The notes: generated by a model from the letters alone, not told the origin. Shown: positions 27,817-37,045, counted from the first letter of the stretch. The stretch: DNA of 64,000 nucleotides from Minisyncoccota bacterium (GCA_028687715.1 JAQTZP010000004.1:25751-89750), one strand, 5' to 3'. Numbers and translations: made by a program.

Positions 27817-28122
27817 TTGCTTATGAGCAACTTTATATCCCCAGAAGCCGTAGTAATGCTTCTTGCCGCCGTTCTTCTTGATACAATAGGCTTTTTATTC
27901 TTGTTTCTCAGTTTTTTAGGCGTAGGTATTCCTCTTTCTTTTATCCCTGATTTAATTGGATTAATTTTTATCGGAGGCTGGATGTTTCTACGCTCTGGAG
28001 CAAGGCAAAAAAGAATAGGCAAGAGACTGGGTCTGGCTTTTTTAGGGGAAATAATCCCTTTTTTCGGAGATATTGCTCCCTGCTGGACCTTAGCTGTATT
28101 TTTTGAATTAAAAAATAATTAA
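27817..28122 (+). CDS. Small polytopic membrane protein (T4SS operon)
   Basis: 101 aa with about three hydrophobic helices. Track start is TTG; alternative ATG at 27823. Confidence 0.5.
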   Translation: MLMSNFISPEAVVMLLAAVLLDTIGFLFLFLSFLGVGIPLSFIPDLIGLIFIGGWMFLRSGARQKRIGKRLGLAFLGEIIPFFGDIAPCWTLAVFFELKNN

Positions 28123-28132
28123 TCTATATATT

Positions 28133-28480
28133 ATGAAAATTGCAATAACTATATTTTCATTACTTATTTTTCTTTTCCCGTCTATTATATATTCTTTTTC
28201 TAGACCCCCAGAGCTTGATTATCCTTTTACAGACCTTACTAATCTGCCCGGCTATATCATTTATCTTTATAATTTTGCAGTTGTGATAAGTGCATTTATT
28301 GCTCTTGGAGCTTTAGTTTACGGAGGCTTTAAATATCTTACATCAGCAGGAAATCCAAGCAAAGTTCAGGACGGGTTAGACCAAATTAAAGCAGCGATAT
28401 TCGGTATTTTGATTGTCTTGTGTTCTTATTTAATTCTTAAAACTATAAATCCTAATTTAGTAGTCTGGCCTTTCTTTTAA
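28133..28480 (+). CDS. T4SS pilin-like protein (TrbC/VirB2-type, CPR T4SS_pilin family)
   Basis: 115 aa. Signal/TM segment, then two helices around YGGFKYLTSAGNPSKVQDGLDQIKAAIFGILIV. The protein at 39210 has the same architecture. Confidence 0.6.
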   Translation: MKIAITIFSLLIFLFPSIIYSFSRPPELDYPFTDLTNLPGYIIYLYNFAVVISAFIALGALVYGGFKYLTSAGNPSKVQDGLDQIKAAIFGILIVLCSYLILKTINPNLVVWPFF

Positions 28481-28487
28481 AAATAAA

Positions 28488-28519
28488 ACACCGAGACTAT
28501 ATAACCTTGGTGTTTTTAT
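28488..28519. terminator. Intrinsic terminator between convergent operons
   Basis: Stem ACACCGAG (28488-28495) / CTTGGTGT (28506-28513), followed by a T-run. Confidence 0.6.
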
Positions 28520-28529
28520 TTTATCGAAA

Positions 28530-28991
28530 CTAAGCTTTGGGCCTTATTATCAATCTTCTTTCAGGCTCTTCTCCGATGCTCTCTGTTTCAACATCTTCTC
28601 TGTTTATCAGCTCTAAATGGATTATTCTTCTGTCATAAGAAGACATAGGAGACAGAATCTTTTCTCTTTTAGATAAAACAACCTCGTCAGCCAAAGACCT
28701 TGCTGTTTCTTTAAGATACTCGGTCTTTTTCTCTTTATAGCTGTTGATGTCAATATCTACGTAGAACTTCTGGTCTATATCCTTCCTAAGTATTGATTTT
28801 ATCAGATATTGAACTTCTGACAAAGTCTGGCCGTTCTGGCCGATTAAAATCTGAGGCTCTTCTGTTTTTATCTTTATAGAAATAGTATCTTCATATAGAT
28901 CTACTGACTTTATCTCAACTATAAAGCCTGCTTTTTGGAAAAACTCCTCCAATACTTTCTTTATTTTATTTAAATTTAGATTATCAATCAT
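28530..28991 (-). CDS. jag: Jag/SpoIIIJ-associated RNA-binding protein (KH + R3H)
   Basis: 153 aa. R3H motif region SYDRRIIHLEL. Conserved position downstream of yidC. Confidence 0.75.
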   Translation of the reverse strand: MIDNLNLNKIKKVLEEFFQKAGFIVEIKSVDLYEDTISIKIKTEEPQILIGQNGQTLSEVQYLIKSILRKDIDQKFYVDIDINSYKEKKTEYLKETARSLADEVVLSKREKILSPMSSYDRRIIHLELINREDVETESIGEEPERRLIIRPKA

Positions 28992-28994
28992 AAA

Positions 28995-29711
28995 CTATGC
29001 TGTTTTTTCTTTTTTTAGAACAAAATACTGCTGGATTATAGAAAATACAGAGCTTGTTAGAAAGTAAAGGGCAATAGCTGAAGGCATATTTAAAAGAATT
29101 ATAACGGTAAAAAATGGAAAAAAGTACTGCATTTGAGTCTGAAGTATTTTTGCAAAATCAGACTGACTCTTTAGGGAGCTTTTTGATTTAGGACCCATTG
29201 TTTTAACCTCAAGATACTGAAGGATTCCTGCTGAGGCAGCAAGATAAATATTTGATTTTGAAAGATTGAGAATTGATAAAAAATCAGGATTAATTGCTCC
29301 TTCAAAGGAAACAAAAGAGTAGAGAAACCTCATTTGTTCGGGATTAAGGCCCTGCCAGAATAATTGGTATAAAGCGATTAAAACAGGCAGTTGAATCAGC
29401 ATTGAAGAAAAGCCTGCGAAAGGGCTGACTTTTGCGCCTTTATAGACTTCCATAAGCTCTTTAGCCTGTTTTTCTTTGTCATCTTTGTACTTATTTTGAA
29501 TTTCTTTAATCTTCGGCTGAAGCTCTGAAAAAACTTTTTGAGACTTTATAGCTTTAACGTTTAAGGGATAAAGGATAAATTTTACTAAGATTGTTAAGAT
29601 AATAACCGCTATGCCGAAATCTCCAAAAGAGATATATTTGTAGATTACTATTAAAAAATTAAAAAGCGGCTGATAAAAAAAGACGTTGAAAAATTCAATT
29701 AAAAAACTCAT
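28995..29711 (-). CDS. yidC: Membrane protein insertase YidC (short Oxa1-type)
   Basis: 238 aa, about five TM helices, with a KSQKVFSELQPKIKEIQNKYKDD amphipathic loop. rnpA-yidC synteny. Confidence 0.85.
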   Translation of the reverse strand: MSFLIEFFNVFFYQPLFNFLIVIYKYISFGDFGIAVIILTILVKFILYPLNVKAIKSQKVFSELQPKIKEIQNKYKDDKEKQAKELMEVYKGAKVSPFAGFSSMLIQLPVLIALYQLFWQGLNPEQMRFLYSFVSFEGAINPDFLSILNLSKSNIYLAASAGILQYLEVKTMGPKSKSSLKSQSDFAKILQTQMQYFFPFFTVIILLNMPSAIALYFLTSSVFSIIQQYFVLKKEKTA

Positions 29712-29716
29712 ATATT

Positions 29717-30064
29717 TTATTTACTTTTGAAAAGATTTGCTTTTTTAAAGAGAATATCAATTCTTTTATCAAGCTCCCAAAAATCATTAATCTTCAATCC
29801 GGGCCTTATAATCATTATGCAGTCAAAACCTTTTTTAATCCCATCTAGCCTATTGCTTATTATCTCGCTTATTTTCCTTCTAAGACTATTCCTCATTACC
29901 GCTTTCTTGGAGAATTTCTTGCTTACAATAAAGCCAAACCTGGTACTTTTAAGATTGTTTCTATTTATTTTAAGGTATATAAAGTCTTCTTTATACCCCT
30001 GGCCTTTTTTAAAAACCTCCTCAAAATCCTTTATTCTTTTAAGCCTGTTTAGTTTCGGGAGCAT
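29717..30064 (-). CDS. rnpA: Ribonuclease P protein component
   Basis: 115 aa. LPKLNRLKRIKDFEEVFKKG start and FGFIVSKKFSKKAVMRNSLRRK (RNR motif). Located downstream of rpmH. Confidence 0.85.
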   Translation of the reverse strand: MLPKLNRLKRIKDFEEVFKKGQGYKEDFIYLKINRNNLKSTRFGFIVSKKFSKKAVMRNSLRRKISEIISNRLDGIKKGFDCIMIIRPGLKINDFWELDKRIDILFKKANLFKSK

Positions 30065-30079
30065 GAAAATATTTACCCT

Positions 30080-30214
30080 TTAAACGCTTAGTTTTTTTCT
30101 TCCTTTTTTTCTTCTTCTGGATAAAACCTGCCTTCCCTTTTTTGTTTTCTGACGGACTAAAAACCCGTGAGTCCTTTTTCTTTTTTTTCTTTTTGGCTTA
30201 TAAGTAAAAGACAT
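30080..30214 (-). CDS. rpmH: 50S ribosomal protein L34
   Basis: Own translation gives [44 protein letters not shown] (44 aa). It falls below the ORF-track size cut-off. Canonical rpmH-rnpA arrangement. Confidence 0.9.
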   Translation of the reverse strand: MSFTYKPKRKKRKRTHGFLVRQKTKKGRQVLSRRRKKGRKKLSV

Positions 30215-30308
30215 ATTCTAAAATTATTATTAATTACTGTTTGCTAATATAGTAGTATAATATTAAAATTAATCAGGGTCAACAAATCTGTTTTTTTAGA
30301 ACCAAGAA

Positions 30309-30362
30309 TTATCCATATTTAATCACCAACTTATCCACAGCTTGTTAACAAATAGTGGATTT
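30309..30362. promoter_or_regulatory. DnaA-box cluster in the rpmH-dnaA spacer (oriC part 1 and/or dnaA promoter control)
   Basis: TTATCCATA (30309-30317) matches the consensus TTATCCACA at 8/9. TTATCCACA (30331-30339) matches 9/9. A weak reverse box, AGTGGATTT, lies at 30354-30362. Confidence 0.7.
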
Positions 30363-30430
30363 CTCTGTTTATTTTAGTTTTGTTTTGACTTGTGTTAAAA
30401 TGAAATAATCGTAATTTTATTCCCATTATT

Positions 30431-31780
30431 ATGACAAACGAAGAGCTTTGGCAAGGCGTTCTTGCCCAAATTCAATTGAATATCTCCCAGGCAAACTTTG
30501 CTACTTGGTTTAAAAATACTTCTATTGTTTCTCAAAAAGAAGGCAGGTTGTTAATCTCTGTGCCTAATTCATTTGTCAGAGAATGGCTTGAAAATAAATA
30601 CAATAAGCAGATATTTAAAATAATCCATAATTTAAACGAAGAGATTAAGGAAATCAAATACAGCGTTGGGAAGGCCTCGGAAAAAGCTGTTAAAAAGGCT
30701 TCTATAGACCTGCTTGAAAGCGACCAGCTTGAGTTCCAAGAACTTAAAATAGACAAAGAAACAAACCTTAATCCCAAATACATCTTTGATTCTTTTATAG
30801 TCGGCCCCTTCAATGAACTGCCCCACGCAGCCGCCTCAGCAGTAGCTGAAAATCCAGGATACATCTATAACCCTTTATTCATTTACGGAGGAGTGGGTCT
30901 TGGAAAAACTCATTTGCTTCAGGCAATAGGCAATGAAGTTGCAAAGAACTTTAAAACAAAAAAAGTAAGATATATTTCTTCTGAAAAATTCACTTCAGAA
31001 GTTGTATTGTCTATTAAAAACCATCAAATTGACTCTTTTAAATCAAAATACAGAGCCATTGACGTCTTAATAATAGATGATATTCAGTTTTTAGCAGGAA
31101 AAGAAAAGACTCAAGAAGAATTCTTCCATATTTTCAACGTCTTATACGAGAATAATAAGCAGATTATCCTTTCATCTGATTGTCCACCCAAAGCAATCCA
31201 CTCGTTAGCCGAAAGATTAAGATCCAGATTTGAAGGAGGAATGACAGCGGATATAAGCAATCCTGATTTTGAAACCAGAGTTGCTATTTTAAAAACAAAA
31301 GCTCAGGAAAAAAAGGTTGATTTTCCAATTGAAGTATATAATTATCTTGCTTCTTCTATTCAAAAGAACATCAGGGAATTAGAAGGAGCCTTAAACAGGC
31401 TTATTGCTTATCAAAAAATAAACAACAAGCAGCTGGATTTGGAAACCATAAAGATTATTCTTAAAAACGTTCTAATGAGTCCGGCTAAGGTTATCACCCC
31501 AAAGAAAATCATCCAAACCGTGGCTGAATTCTATGATTTAAAAGAAAAAGACATTTTAGACTGCTCCAGAAAAAAAGAGATTGTAAGACCGAGACAAATA
31601 GCAATGTATTTATTAAGAGAAGAATTAAAAAGCTCTTTCCCTTTTATCGGAAGAAAATTCCAGGGCAAAGACCATACTACTGCCATTCATTCGTATAAAA
31701 AAATAGCTAAAGAAATTGAAAAAGATAAAAAACTGGAAGAAGAAATAAGTTTAATTAAAGAAAGGGTTTTAAGCTCTTAG
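30431..31780 (+). CDS. dnaA: Chromosomal replication initiator protein DnaA
   Basis: 449 aa. Walker A GGVGLGKTHLL, a sensor/box VII region, and a C-terminal DNA-binding helix (DHTTAIHSYKKI). Confidence 0.95.
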   Translation: MTNEELWQGVLAQIQLNISQANFATWFKNTSIVSQKEGRLLISVPNSFVREWLENKYNKQIFKIIHNLNEEIKEIKYSVGKASEKAVKKASIDLLESDQLEFQELKIDKETNLNPKYIFDSFIVGPFNELPHAAASAVAENPGYIYNPLFIYGGVGLGKTHLLQAIGNEVAKNFKTKKVRYISSEKFTSEVVLSIKNHQIDSFKSKYRAIDVLIIDDIQFLAGKEKTQEEFFHIFNVLYENNKQIILSSDCPPKAIHSLAERLRSRFEGGMTADISNPDFETRVAILKTKAQEKKVDFPIEVYNYLASSIQKNIRELEGALNRLIAYQKINNKQLDLETIKIILKNVLMSPAKVITPKKIIQTVAEFYDLKEKDILDCSRKKEIVRPRQIAMYLLREELKSSFPFIGRKFQGKDHTTAIHSYKKIAKEIEKDKKLEEEISLIKERVLSS

Positions 31781-31983
31781 AAGATGAGGAAAAAATGTTG
31801 ATAAGATTGTGGATTTAAAAGTGATAAAAATACAATAACTTTATCTATTAATTTATCCACAATTTATCTAATGTTTTTTAAAGGGAAAATTAGATATTAA
31901 TCCCCAATAAAACCTATATTAAAAACCTAAATTAAAACTTAACTTAATAATAATAAATTTTAATTAAAAACTAATAATTAATT
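31781..31983. other. oriC-like dnaA-dnaN spacer (DnaA boxes plus AT-rich unwinding-type tract)
   Basis: TGTGGATTT (31808-31816; its reverse complement AAATCCACA matches 7/9) and a perfect TTATCCACA (31853-31861). These are followed by about 80 nt of almost pure A/T (31900-31983). Confidence 0.65.
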
Positions 31984-33114
31984 ATGAGATTATCAATTTT
32001 ACAAGAAAAACTAAAAGAAGGATTAAATATTGTTGAAAGAGTTTCTTCTAAATCTTTATCTCTTCCTATTTTAAACAATATCTTGATTTCTACTGAAAAG
32101 AATTTCTTAAATTTAGCTGCAACTGATTTAGAGGTGGGAATAAATTGGTGGGTCTTGGCTAAAATTGAAAAAGAAGGAAAAATTACAATTCCCAGTAGAT
32201 TATTTTCAAGTTTTATTAATCTTTTACCTAATAAAAAGATAGATATAAAGGAGGAAAAGAATAATATATTTATTGAGTGTGAGAATTATAATACTCAAAT
32301 TAAAGGAATTTCAGCTGATGAGTTCCCTATTATTCCTAAAATAAATGAAGGCGAATCAGTGTCTTTTGATATTAATTTATTTTGTCAAAGCGTTAACCAA
32401 GTAGTTGATATTCCGGTATTATCAACTACTAGACCTGAAATTTCAGGAGTTTATTTCTATTTTAATAAGAATTTAATAACAATTACTGCCACTGATAGTT
32501 TTAGATTGGGCGAAAAAAAGATATTTCTTAAAAACAGCTTTAATTTAAAAAAAGAATATTCTTTAATTATCCCCCAAAGAGCTGTAAAGGAAATTATTAA
32601 TATATTCGGAGAAAAAAAAGGAGAATTAAAGGTATATTTTTCAACAAACCAAATAATGTTTGAGTCTTTTATGGAAGAAACAGAGCATTCTCAGATTCAG
32701 CTTGTTTCCCGCTTAATTGAAGGAGAATATCCGAATTATAAGGAGATTATACCTTCAAAATATGCAACTCAAATTATCTTGGATAAGAATGAGTTTTTAA
32801 ACCAAATAAAAGCAGCCAGCTTGTTCAGCGGCAAGGCTAATGAAGTTAAAATAAAATCAGGATCTGGCGATAAAACAATAGAAATTTCCAGTCAAAGTTC
32901 AGAACTTGGGAGTAATAAATCTTTAATTCCTGCTAAAATCAAAGGAGAATCAGTAGATATTTCGTTTAATTATAGGTTCCTATTAGATGGTATTTTAAAT
33001 ATTAAAAGCTCAGAAATTATCTTTGAGCTAAACAGCGATTCAGGTCCCGGGGTATTAAAACCAGTAGGAGATGATAGTTATATCTACGTAGTTATGCCGA
33101 TAAAGGCAAGTTGA
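31984..33114 (+). CDS. dnaN: DNA polymerase III beta sliding clamp
   Basis: 376 aa. The size, three-domain periodicity, position after dnaA and C-terminal YVVMPIK end are typical of DnaN. Confidence 0.9.
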   Translation: MRLSILQEKLKEGLNIVERVSSKSLSLPILNNILISTEKNFLNLAATDLEVGINWWVLAKIEKEGKITIPSRLFSSFINLLPNKKIDIKEEKNNIFIECENYNTQIKGISADEFPIIPKINEGESVSFDINLFCQSVNQVVDIPVLSTTRPEISGVYFYFNKNLITITATDSFRLGEKKIFLKNSFNLKKEYSLIIPQRAVKEIINIFGEKKGELKVYFSTNQIMFESFMEETEHSQIQLVSRLIEGEYPNYKEIIPSKYATQIILDKNEFLNQIKAASLFSGKANEVKIKSGSGDKTIEISSQSSELGSNKSLIPAKIKGESVDISFNYRFLLDGILNIKSSEIIFELNSDSGPGVLKPVGDDSYIYVVMPIKAS

Positions 33115-33134
33115 GATATTGAATTTAGATTATT

Positions 33135-33160
33135 AAAACCCGAAGCTGATTCGGGTTTTT
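33135..33160 (+). terminator. Intrinsic terminator after dnaN
   Basis: Stem ACCCGAA (33138-33144) / TTCGGGT (33150-33156), followed by TTTT. Confidence 0.65.
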
Positions 33161-33345
33161 GATTTATAAAATAGCTTAATAAATTTTCAAAAAGTTATAA
33201 GATATTTTATTTTTTAGGGGTTTTATATTCATCTATTTGTTTTATTTTAATAATTCGTTCCCATCCTTCGTAAGGCTTAATTCTCTCTTTTTTCCCCAAT
33301 TATAACATATATTATATTTTTAATTATATCTGATAACTTCACCCA

Positions 33346-33516
33346 CTAAGGAAGGTTACTGCAACCCATTAAACATTTTGAGACATCCTCTTCTTTAAAG
33401 GATATTAATATTTTATACCATTTGTGACCACATCTTGTGCATTGATAGGTTGCAAGAAATATTTTTGTAAAAATAACGCCTTTAGCATAAATTAATTTAT
33501 AAATAGATTCCTTCAT
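33346..33516 (-). CDS. Possible small Cys-containing (zinc-ribbon-like) protein, 56 aa
   Basis: Own translation gives MKESIYKLIYAKGVIFTKIFLATYQCTRCGHKWYKILISFKEEDVSKCLMGCSNLP. It carries CxxC and CxxxC pairs. It is below the track cut-off, sits in AT-rich sequence, and has no RBS evidence. Confidence 0.2.
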   Translation of the reverse strand: MKESIYKLIYAKGVIFTKIFLATYQCTRCGHKWYKILISFKEEDVSKCLMGCSNLP

Positions 33517-33645
33517 TGATGGCGTGATTCCATATTTTTTTATATAAATATTCAGGGTCAGAAGATATTTTATTCCCCTTACAAAGAGTGTTCTAAAGAA
33601 CTAATTTATAATAATATAAATTATTACCAAGAGTCAAGTGTTTTA

Positions 33646-33675
33646 TTGACAAAAATTAAAAGATGTGATTATAAT
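33646..33675 (+). promoter_or_regulatory. Near-consensus sigma70-type promoter for the SPFH gene
   Basis: TTGACA (33646-33651), an 18-nt spacer, then TATAAT (33670-33675). Confidence 0.5.
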
Positions 33676-33724
33676 TTATACATCAAGAAATAGGTTCTTG
33701 ATAGCGGAACCTTCACAATTTAAT

Positions 33725-34915
33725 ATGGAGGAAAATACAATGAAGATGTGGTATAGTTTTTGTCAGATAATATTTATCATCATTGCCCTGGTTATCGTCG
33801 GGGTAATAGCATTCTTTTTGGCAAAATTAATTTTTTGGCTCAGTATAATTAGTATCCCTATTCTAATTCTTATTTTCATCTATAATGCTATTACTATTAT
33901 TTCAGCAGATCCTCCCAATAAAGGAATTTGGGTTTTTTTTGGAAAAAGACAGAAAGTGTTATTAAAAGAAGGATGGCATTTCCTTCCTTTTTATCCTATT
34001 GTTTTTGATGCAATTTCAATTAGAGTGACTAAAATAAATCAAGATCTGCCCAATCAGGTAGTACGAACCCCCGATTTAGCAGAGGTTAGTGTAAGCATAA
34101 GCGTTACTTGGATTCCGGGTGGTCCGGACAATATAGATGAAAAAGATCAGGCAAGTGCCTTTATCCAATTTCTGAACAGCGGAGAGGAGGAAGGAGTTAA
34201 AAATATTCTCCAGGATATTATCAACGACAGGCTTAGAGGATGGGCGATCTCCGAAGAAGAGGGTCCGTCTGATTGGCAAGAATTATTGGGCGCCAGGGAT
34301 GATGCTATAACTGTTTTATTAAAAGCCATCCTAGGAGAAGATCTATCTTCTATTCCTTCTTCTGTCCCTACACCTGTGTTACTTAAATATTGGGATGTTC
34401 CCCCGAAGAGACCTTTAAAAAAAGAGATGAGTAAATGGGGAAAGAGAACTAGAAAAGGTAGTGAGTGGCAAAGATTAGAAGAAGAATTAGCCAAATTATC
34501 AGATCAAGAAAGAGAAAATTTAAAAATGAAAATAGAAGAAAGACGAAATCTTATTAAGATGGCTAGGCAAGGTAATGGGTTTTTTTATAAAAAACCTCTT
34601 GGTATTACAATTAATCGTTTTACTATCGATAACGCAGCCCCTCTAGGAAAAACTGCAGAAGCGGCTGAACTCAAAGCTAAAGAGCAACACGAAAGAGCTG
34701 CTGAAAAAACAGAAATAGAGGGAATTATGGATAGAATAAGAGATTTAAAAGATTTAGGCTTTTCTTTAGAGCAAGCCTTAGAAATAGTTCAATCTGAAAG
34801 AGGAAAGATTACTAAATCAGTTTCTGAGAGTAAGCTTAACATTTCTTCTGAGACGAGAGCAATGATTGAAAAAGTGTTTCCTGATTTAGCTAAATTATTA
34901 AAGAAAACAACGTAA
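33725..34915 (+). CDS. SPFH/Band-7 domain membrane protein with C-terminal coiled coil
   Basis: About 396 aa from the ATG at 33725. The track's GTG start at 33665 overlaps the predicted promoter. Two N-terminal TM helices. SPFH-like core (GIWVFFGKRQKVLLKEGWHFLPFYPIVFDAISIRV). Charged helical C-terminus. Confidence 0.65.
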   Translation: MEENTMKMWYSFCQIIFIIIALVIVGVIAFFLAKLIFWLSIISIPILILIFIYNAITIISADPPNKGIWVFFGKRQKVLLKEGWHFLPFYPIVFDAISIRVTKINQDLPNQVVRTPDLAEVSVSISVTWIPGGPDNIDEKDQASAFIQFLNSGEEEGVKNILQDIINDRLRGWAISEEEGPSDWQELLGARDDAITVLLKAILGEDLSSIPSSVPTPVLLKYWDVPPKRPLKKEMSKWGKRTRKGSEWQRLEEELAKLSDQERENLKMKIEERRNLIKMARQGNGFFYKKPLGITINRFTIDNAAPLGKTAEAAELKAKEQHERAAEKTEIEGIMDRIRDLKDLGFSLEQALEIVQSERGKITKSVSESKLNISSETRAMIEKVFPDLAKLLKKTT

Positions 34916-34921
34916 AAAAAG

Positions 34922-34945
34922 AACCCCATAAAGGGGTTTTATTTT
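34922..34945. terminator. Bidirectional hairpin between convergent genes
   Basis: Stem AACCCC (34922-34927) / GGGGTT (34933-34938), with A-runs and T-runs on either side. It abuts the stop codon of the minus-strand gene. Confidence 0.55.
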
Positions 34946-37014
34946 TTAAATAAATCTCTTAATTTTTTAGGTTTACTTTTTGCGGGGGGCTGGGTTTGTT
35001 TTTTTTCAATTTCAACGCCTGGCGGTAGAATTATTCTTGATATTACCCCTTTTTCTTTTTCTTCTTTCCATCGTTGCAATATTTCGGGTTTAATTGTGAA
35101 CATGCTTTGACCCGCCTGGCTGGAAAAATAATTTTTAAGAGTTGGACTTATATTGGCTCCAGTATTAATTCTTTCTTCTATCTTCGAGGCTGCATTTTTT
35201 CCAAGATTTTCAATAAGCTTATCTATATGTTTACTAGTAGCATTAATTAATATTGCATCCATTACTTCGGTGCTTTCTATTGCTTGACTAGATATCTTTT
35301 CGTAATCAGCAGGTTTCATTTTTTTAATTGTTTCCATCATGTCGGCGCCTTCAAGCATATGAGGTATTGCCTTGTCAATAACCTTATTAGACTGCCATTT
35401 CTTAGCCGTTTCTCTTATTTTCTTAATTTCTGCATCAGTTATATTCCCTTTTTTAACAAAGTCATTAAAGTTTCCATCTTCTATAATTTGATTTAATATT
35501 CCTACTTTATCAGTTTCAATCTTTGCTTTGCGGTAGGCGGATAATTGGGTTTCTGCTGTTTTTCCTTTTATGCTTTCTTGAGTTTTTTTAATCTGTTCTC
35601 TTTGGCTTTCAGTCAAGCCTGGGCCCAAAGGAGTTGCTATTGCCCTTCCAAGAGCAACAAAAGGAGTGCTTACAGTTCTTTTAGCCCAGCCTCCAATTCC
35701 GGTTTGGTTTTGTCCCCACTTTCCTGCAGTAGCCATTCCTGTCGCTGCTTTCCTAACCGCTGCTGGCACCAATTGTTTTACTTTTCCTGCCGCATACTTT
35801 CCTGCTGCTCCTGCGGCCTTCCCCCCGGCCCATCCAGCAGCTTGCTTGCCCCTTCTTTTAAATGAGTCTATTATCGCGCCAGAGCCTATAGCAGAGGTTT
35901 TTAGCCCAAATACCAGTCCAAGGCCTAGAAAAGCTAAAGAGACGAAATAGCTGATAATTCTGGCCTTAAAGCCAACAACAGCAGTGCTTCCAAAATTTAT
36001 ATCCGGTGAGCTAGAATTTATATTAGGCCATATGTTTATAAAATAGTTTGCCATAGAAAAGAAGAAGGCGCAGGTTATTCCAATGGTGGCCCATTGGACA
36101 AACTGCGTCCACCATGTATTCCAATACTGCCTTGTATTGGGCAGAATATAGAGGGCAAAGGCAATTGGGGATAAGATAACCAGTATCATTATGGCAAAGT
36201 ATCTGAGCAGAAAAATAGCGGCAAATAACAGATAAATAAAGAAGGATATCAGGTATACAAAAATTAAGACAAATAATTGAATAATACCTGTTTTAAATGT
36301 TTCATAATTCCAATTGCTCCACATTTCATATGAAAGACAGTCTGGAAGACTGTATATTGGCCTGCCTTGATAATAATAACAGGCGCTTTGCTGTTCTATT
36401 ATTCCTGATTTCTGAAAAAGGAAATAATCCATAGTAATATTTGAGGCATCAACAATAAGTCCGCATATAACAGGAGCAAAGTTTATAAGCAGAGCAATAA
36501 CAATAAAAGTGTATAAGGTTTTTTTAGTCCTGTAGTTTTCCAGTCTTAGCATGGTTGCCAGTCCAATAAACACTAAAACTAAAGCAAGCACCATATTAAT
36601 AAGACCTCTGGTATATCCCAGCCCTATTGCGACTATAGGATTAGTGCCTGGATTGGTAAGCTGCATTTCTAAAAAGCCAGGACTTATTACCCATTGTACC
36701 AGCGAGATGCCGAGGTCTTTCAACATTTCAGCTATTTTAGCAAACAGCCAGAAAAACATAGCGAAAAGATACATTATCCATGCTTCAATAAAGCTAAGGG
36801 ATTTAGTTTCAGACACTTTTTGATTATTCAAATAGTCTGCATAAGCGCCTGTTGGCATAACTCCGCCTGGTCCTGGGACAATGGGAAAAACAGTGCCTGT
36901 GCCAGGATCAACAACCTGAGCATTAGCAAATGAAGACAGAACAAGGATTGCGCCTATTAAGCATAAAGAGAAAGAAATAAGAATCTTTTTTGGGTTTTTC
37001 AATTTCTTAAACAT
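34939..37014 (-). CDS. Large polytopic membrane protein, candidate T4SS channel component (VirB6/TrbL-like role)
   Basis: 691 aa. Signal peptide, about 8 TM helices, an Ala/Gly/Lys-rich linker (GKQAAGWAGGKAAGAAGKYAAGK), and a soluble C-terminal domain. The functional call comes only from architecture and neighbourhood. Confidence 0.35.
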   Translation of the reverse strand: MFKKLKNPKKILISFSLCLIGAILVLSSFANAQVVDPGTGTVFPIVPGPGGVMPTGAYADYLNNQKVSETKSLSFIEAWIMYLFAMFFWLFAKIAEMLKDLGISLVQWVISPGFLEMQLTNPGTNPIVAIGLGYTRGLINMVLALVLVFIGLATMLRLENYRTKKTLYTFIVIALLINFAPVICGLIVDASNITMDYFLFQKSGIIEQQSACYYYQGRPIYSLPDCLSYEMWSNWNYETFKTGIIQLFVLIFVYLISFFIYLLFAAIFLLRYFAIMILVILSPIAFALYILPNTRQYWNTWWTQFVQWATIGITCAFFFSMANYFINIWPNINSSSPDINFGSTAVVGFKARIISYFVSLAFLGLGLVFGLKTSAIGSGAIIDSFKRRGKQAAGWAGGKAAGAAGKYAAGKVKQLVPAAVRKAATGMATAGKWGQNQTGIGGWAKRTVSTPFVALGRAIATPLGPGLTESQREQIKKTQESIKGKTAETQLSAYRKAKIETDKVGILNQIIEDGNFNDFVKKGNITDAEIKKIRETAKKWQSNKVIDKAIPHMLEGADMMETIKKMKPADYEKISSQAIESTEVMDAILINATSKHIDKLIENLGKNAASKIEERINTGANISPTLKNYFSSQAGQSMFTIKPEILQRWKEEKEKGVISRIILPPGVEIEKKQTQPPAKSKPKKLRDLFKK

Positions 37015-37045
37015 TAAAATATTATAACAGATATATCAAGTTAAG

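Noticed and set aside
29727-30083. The 118-aa plus-strand ORF opposite rnpA, and similar antisense ORFs (1871..2086, 5196..5444, 7141..7428, 22183..22425, 27264..27761, 48497..49171, 50068..50418, 52224..52496, 53016..53246).
   Set aside because: Each lies within a well-supported gene on the opposite strand and lacks motifs. Such ORFs are expected by chance in low-GC DNA.
33665-33724. The GTG start at 33665 for the SPFH gene, as given in the ORF track.
   Set aside because: This start lies inside the predicted TTGACA-18-TATAAT promoter. The ATG at 33725 precedes the first TM helix and is more plausible.
35545-35950. Ala/Pro/Cys-rich plus-strand ORFs 35545..35865 and 35666..35950.
   Set aside because: They are antisense to the Ala/Gly/Lys-rich linker of the 691-aa membrane protein, a typical frame artefact of GC-richer repetitive coding.
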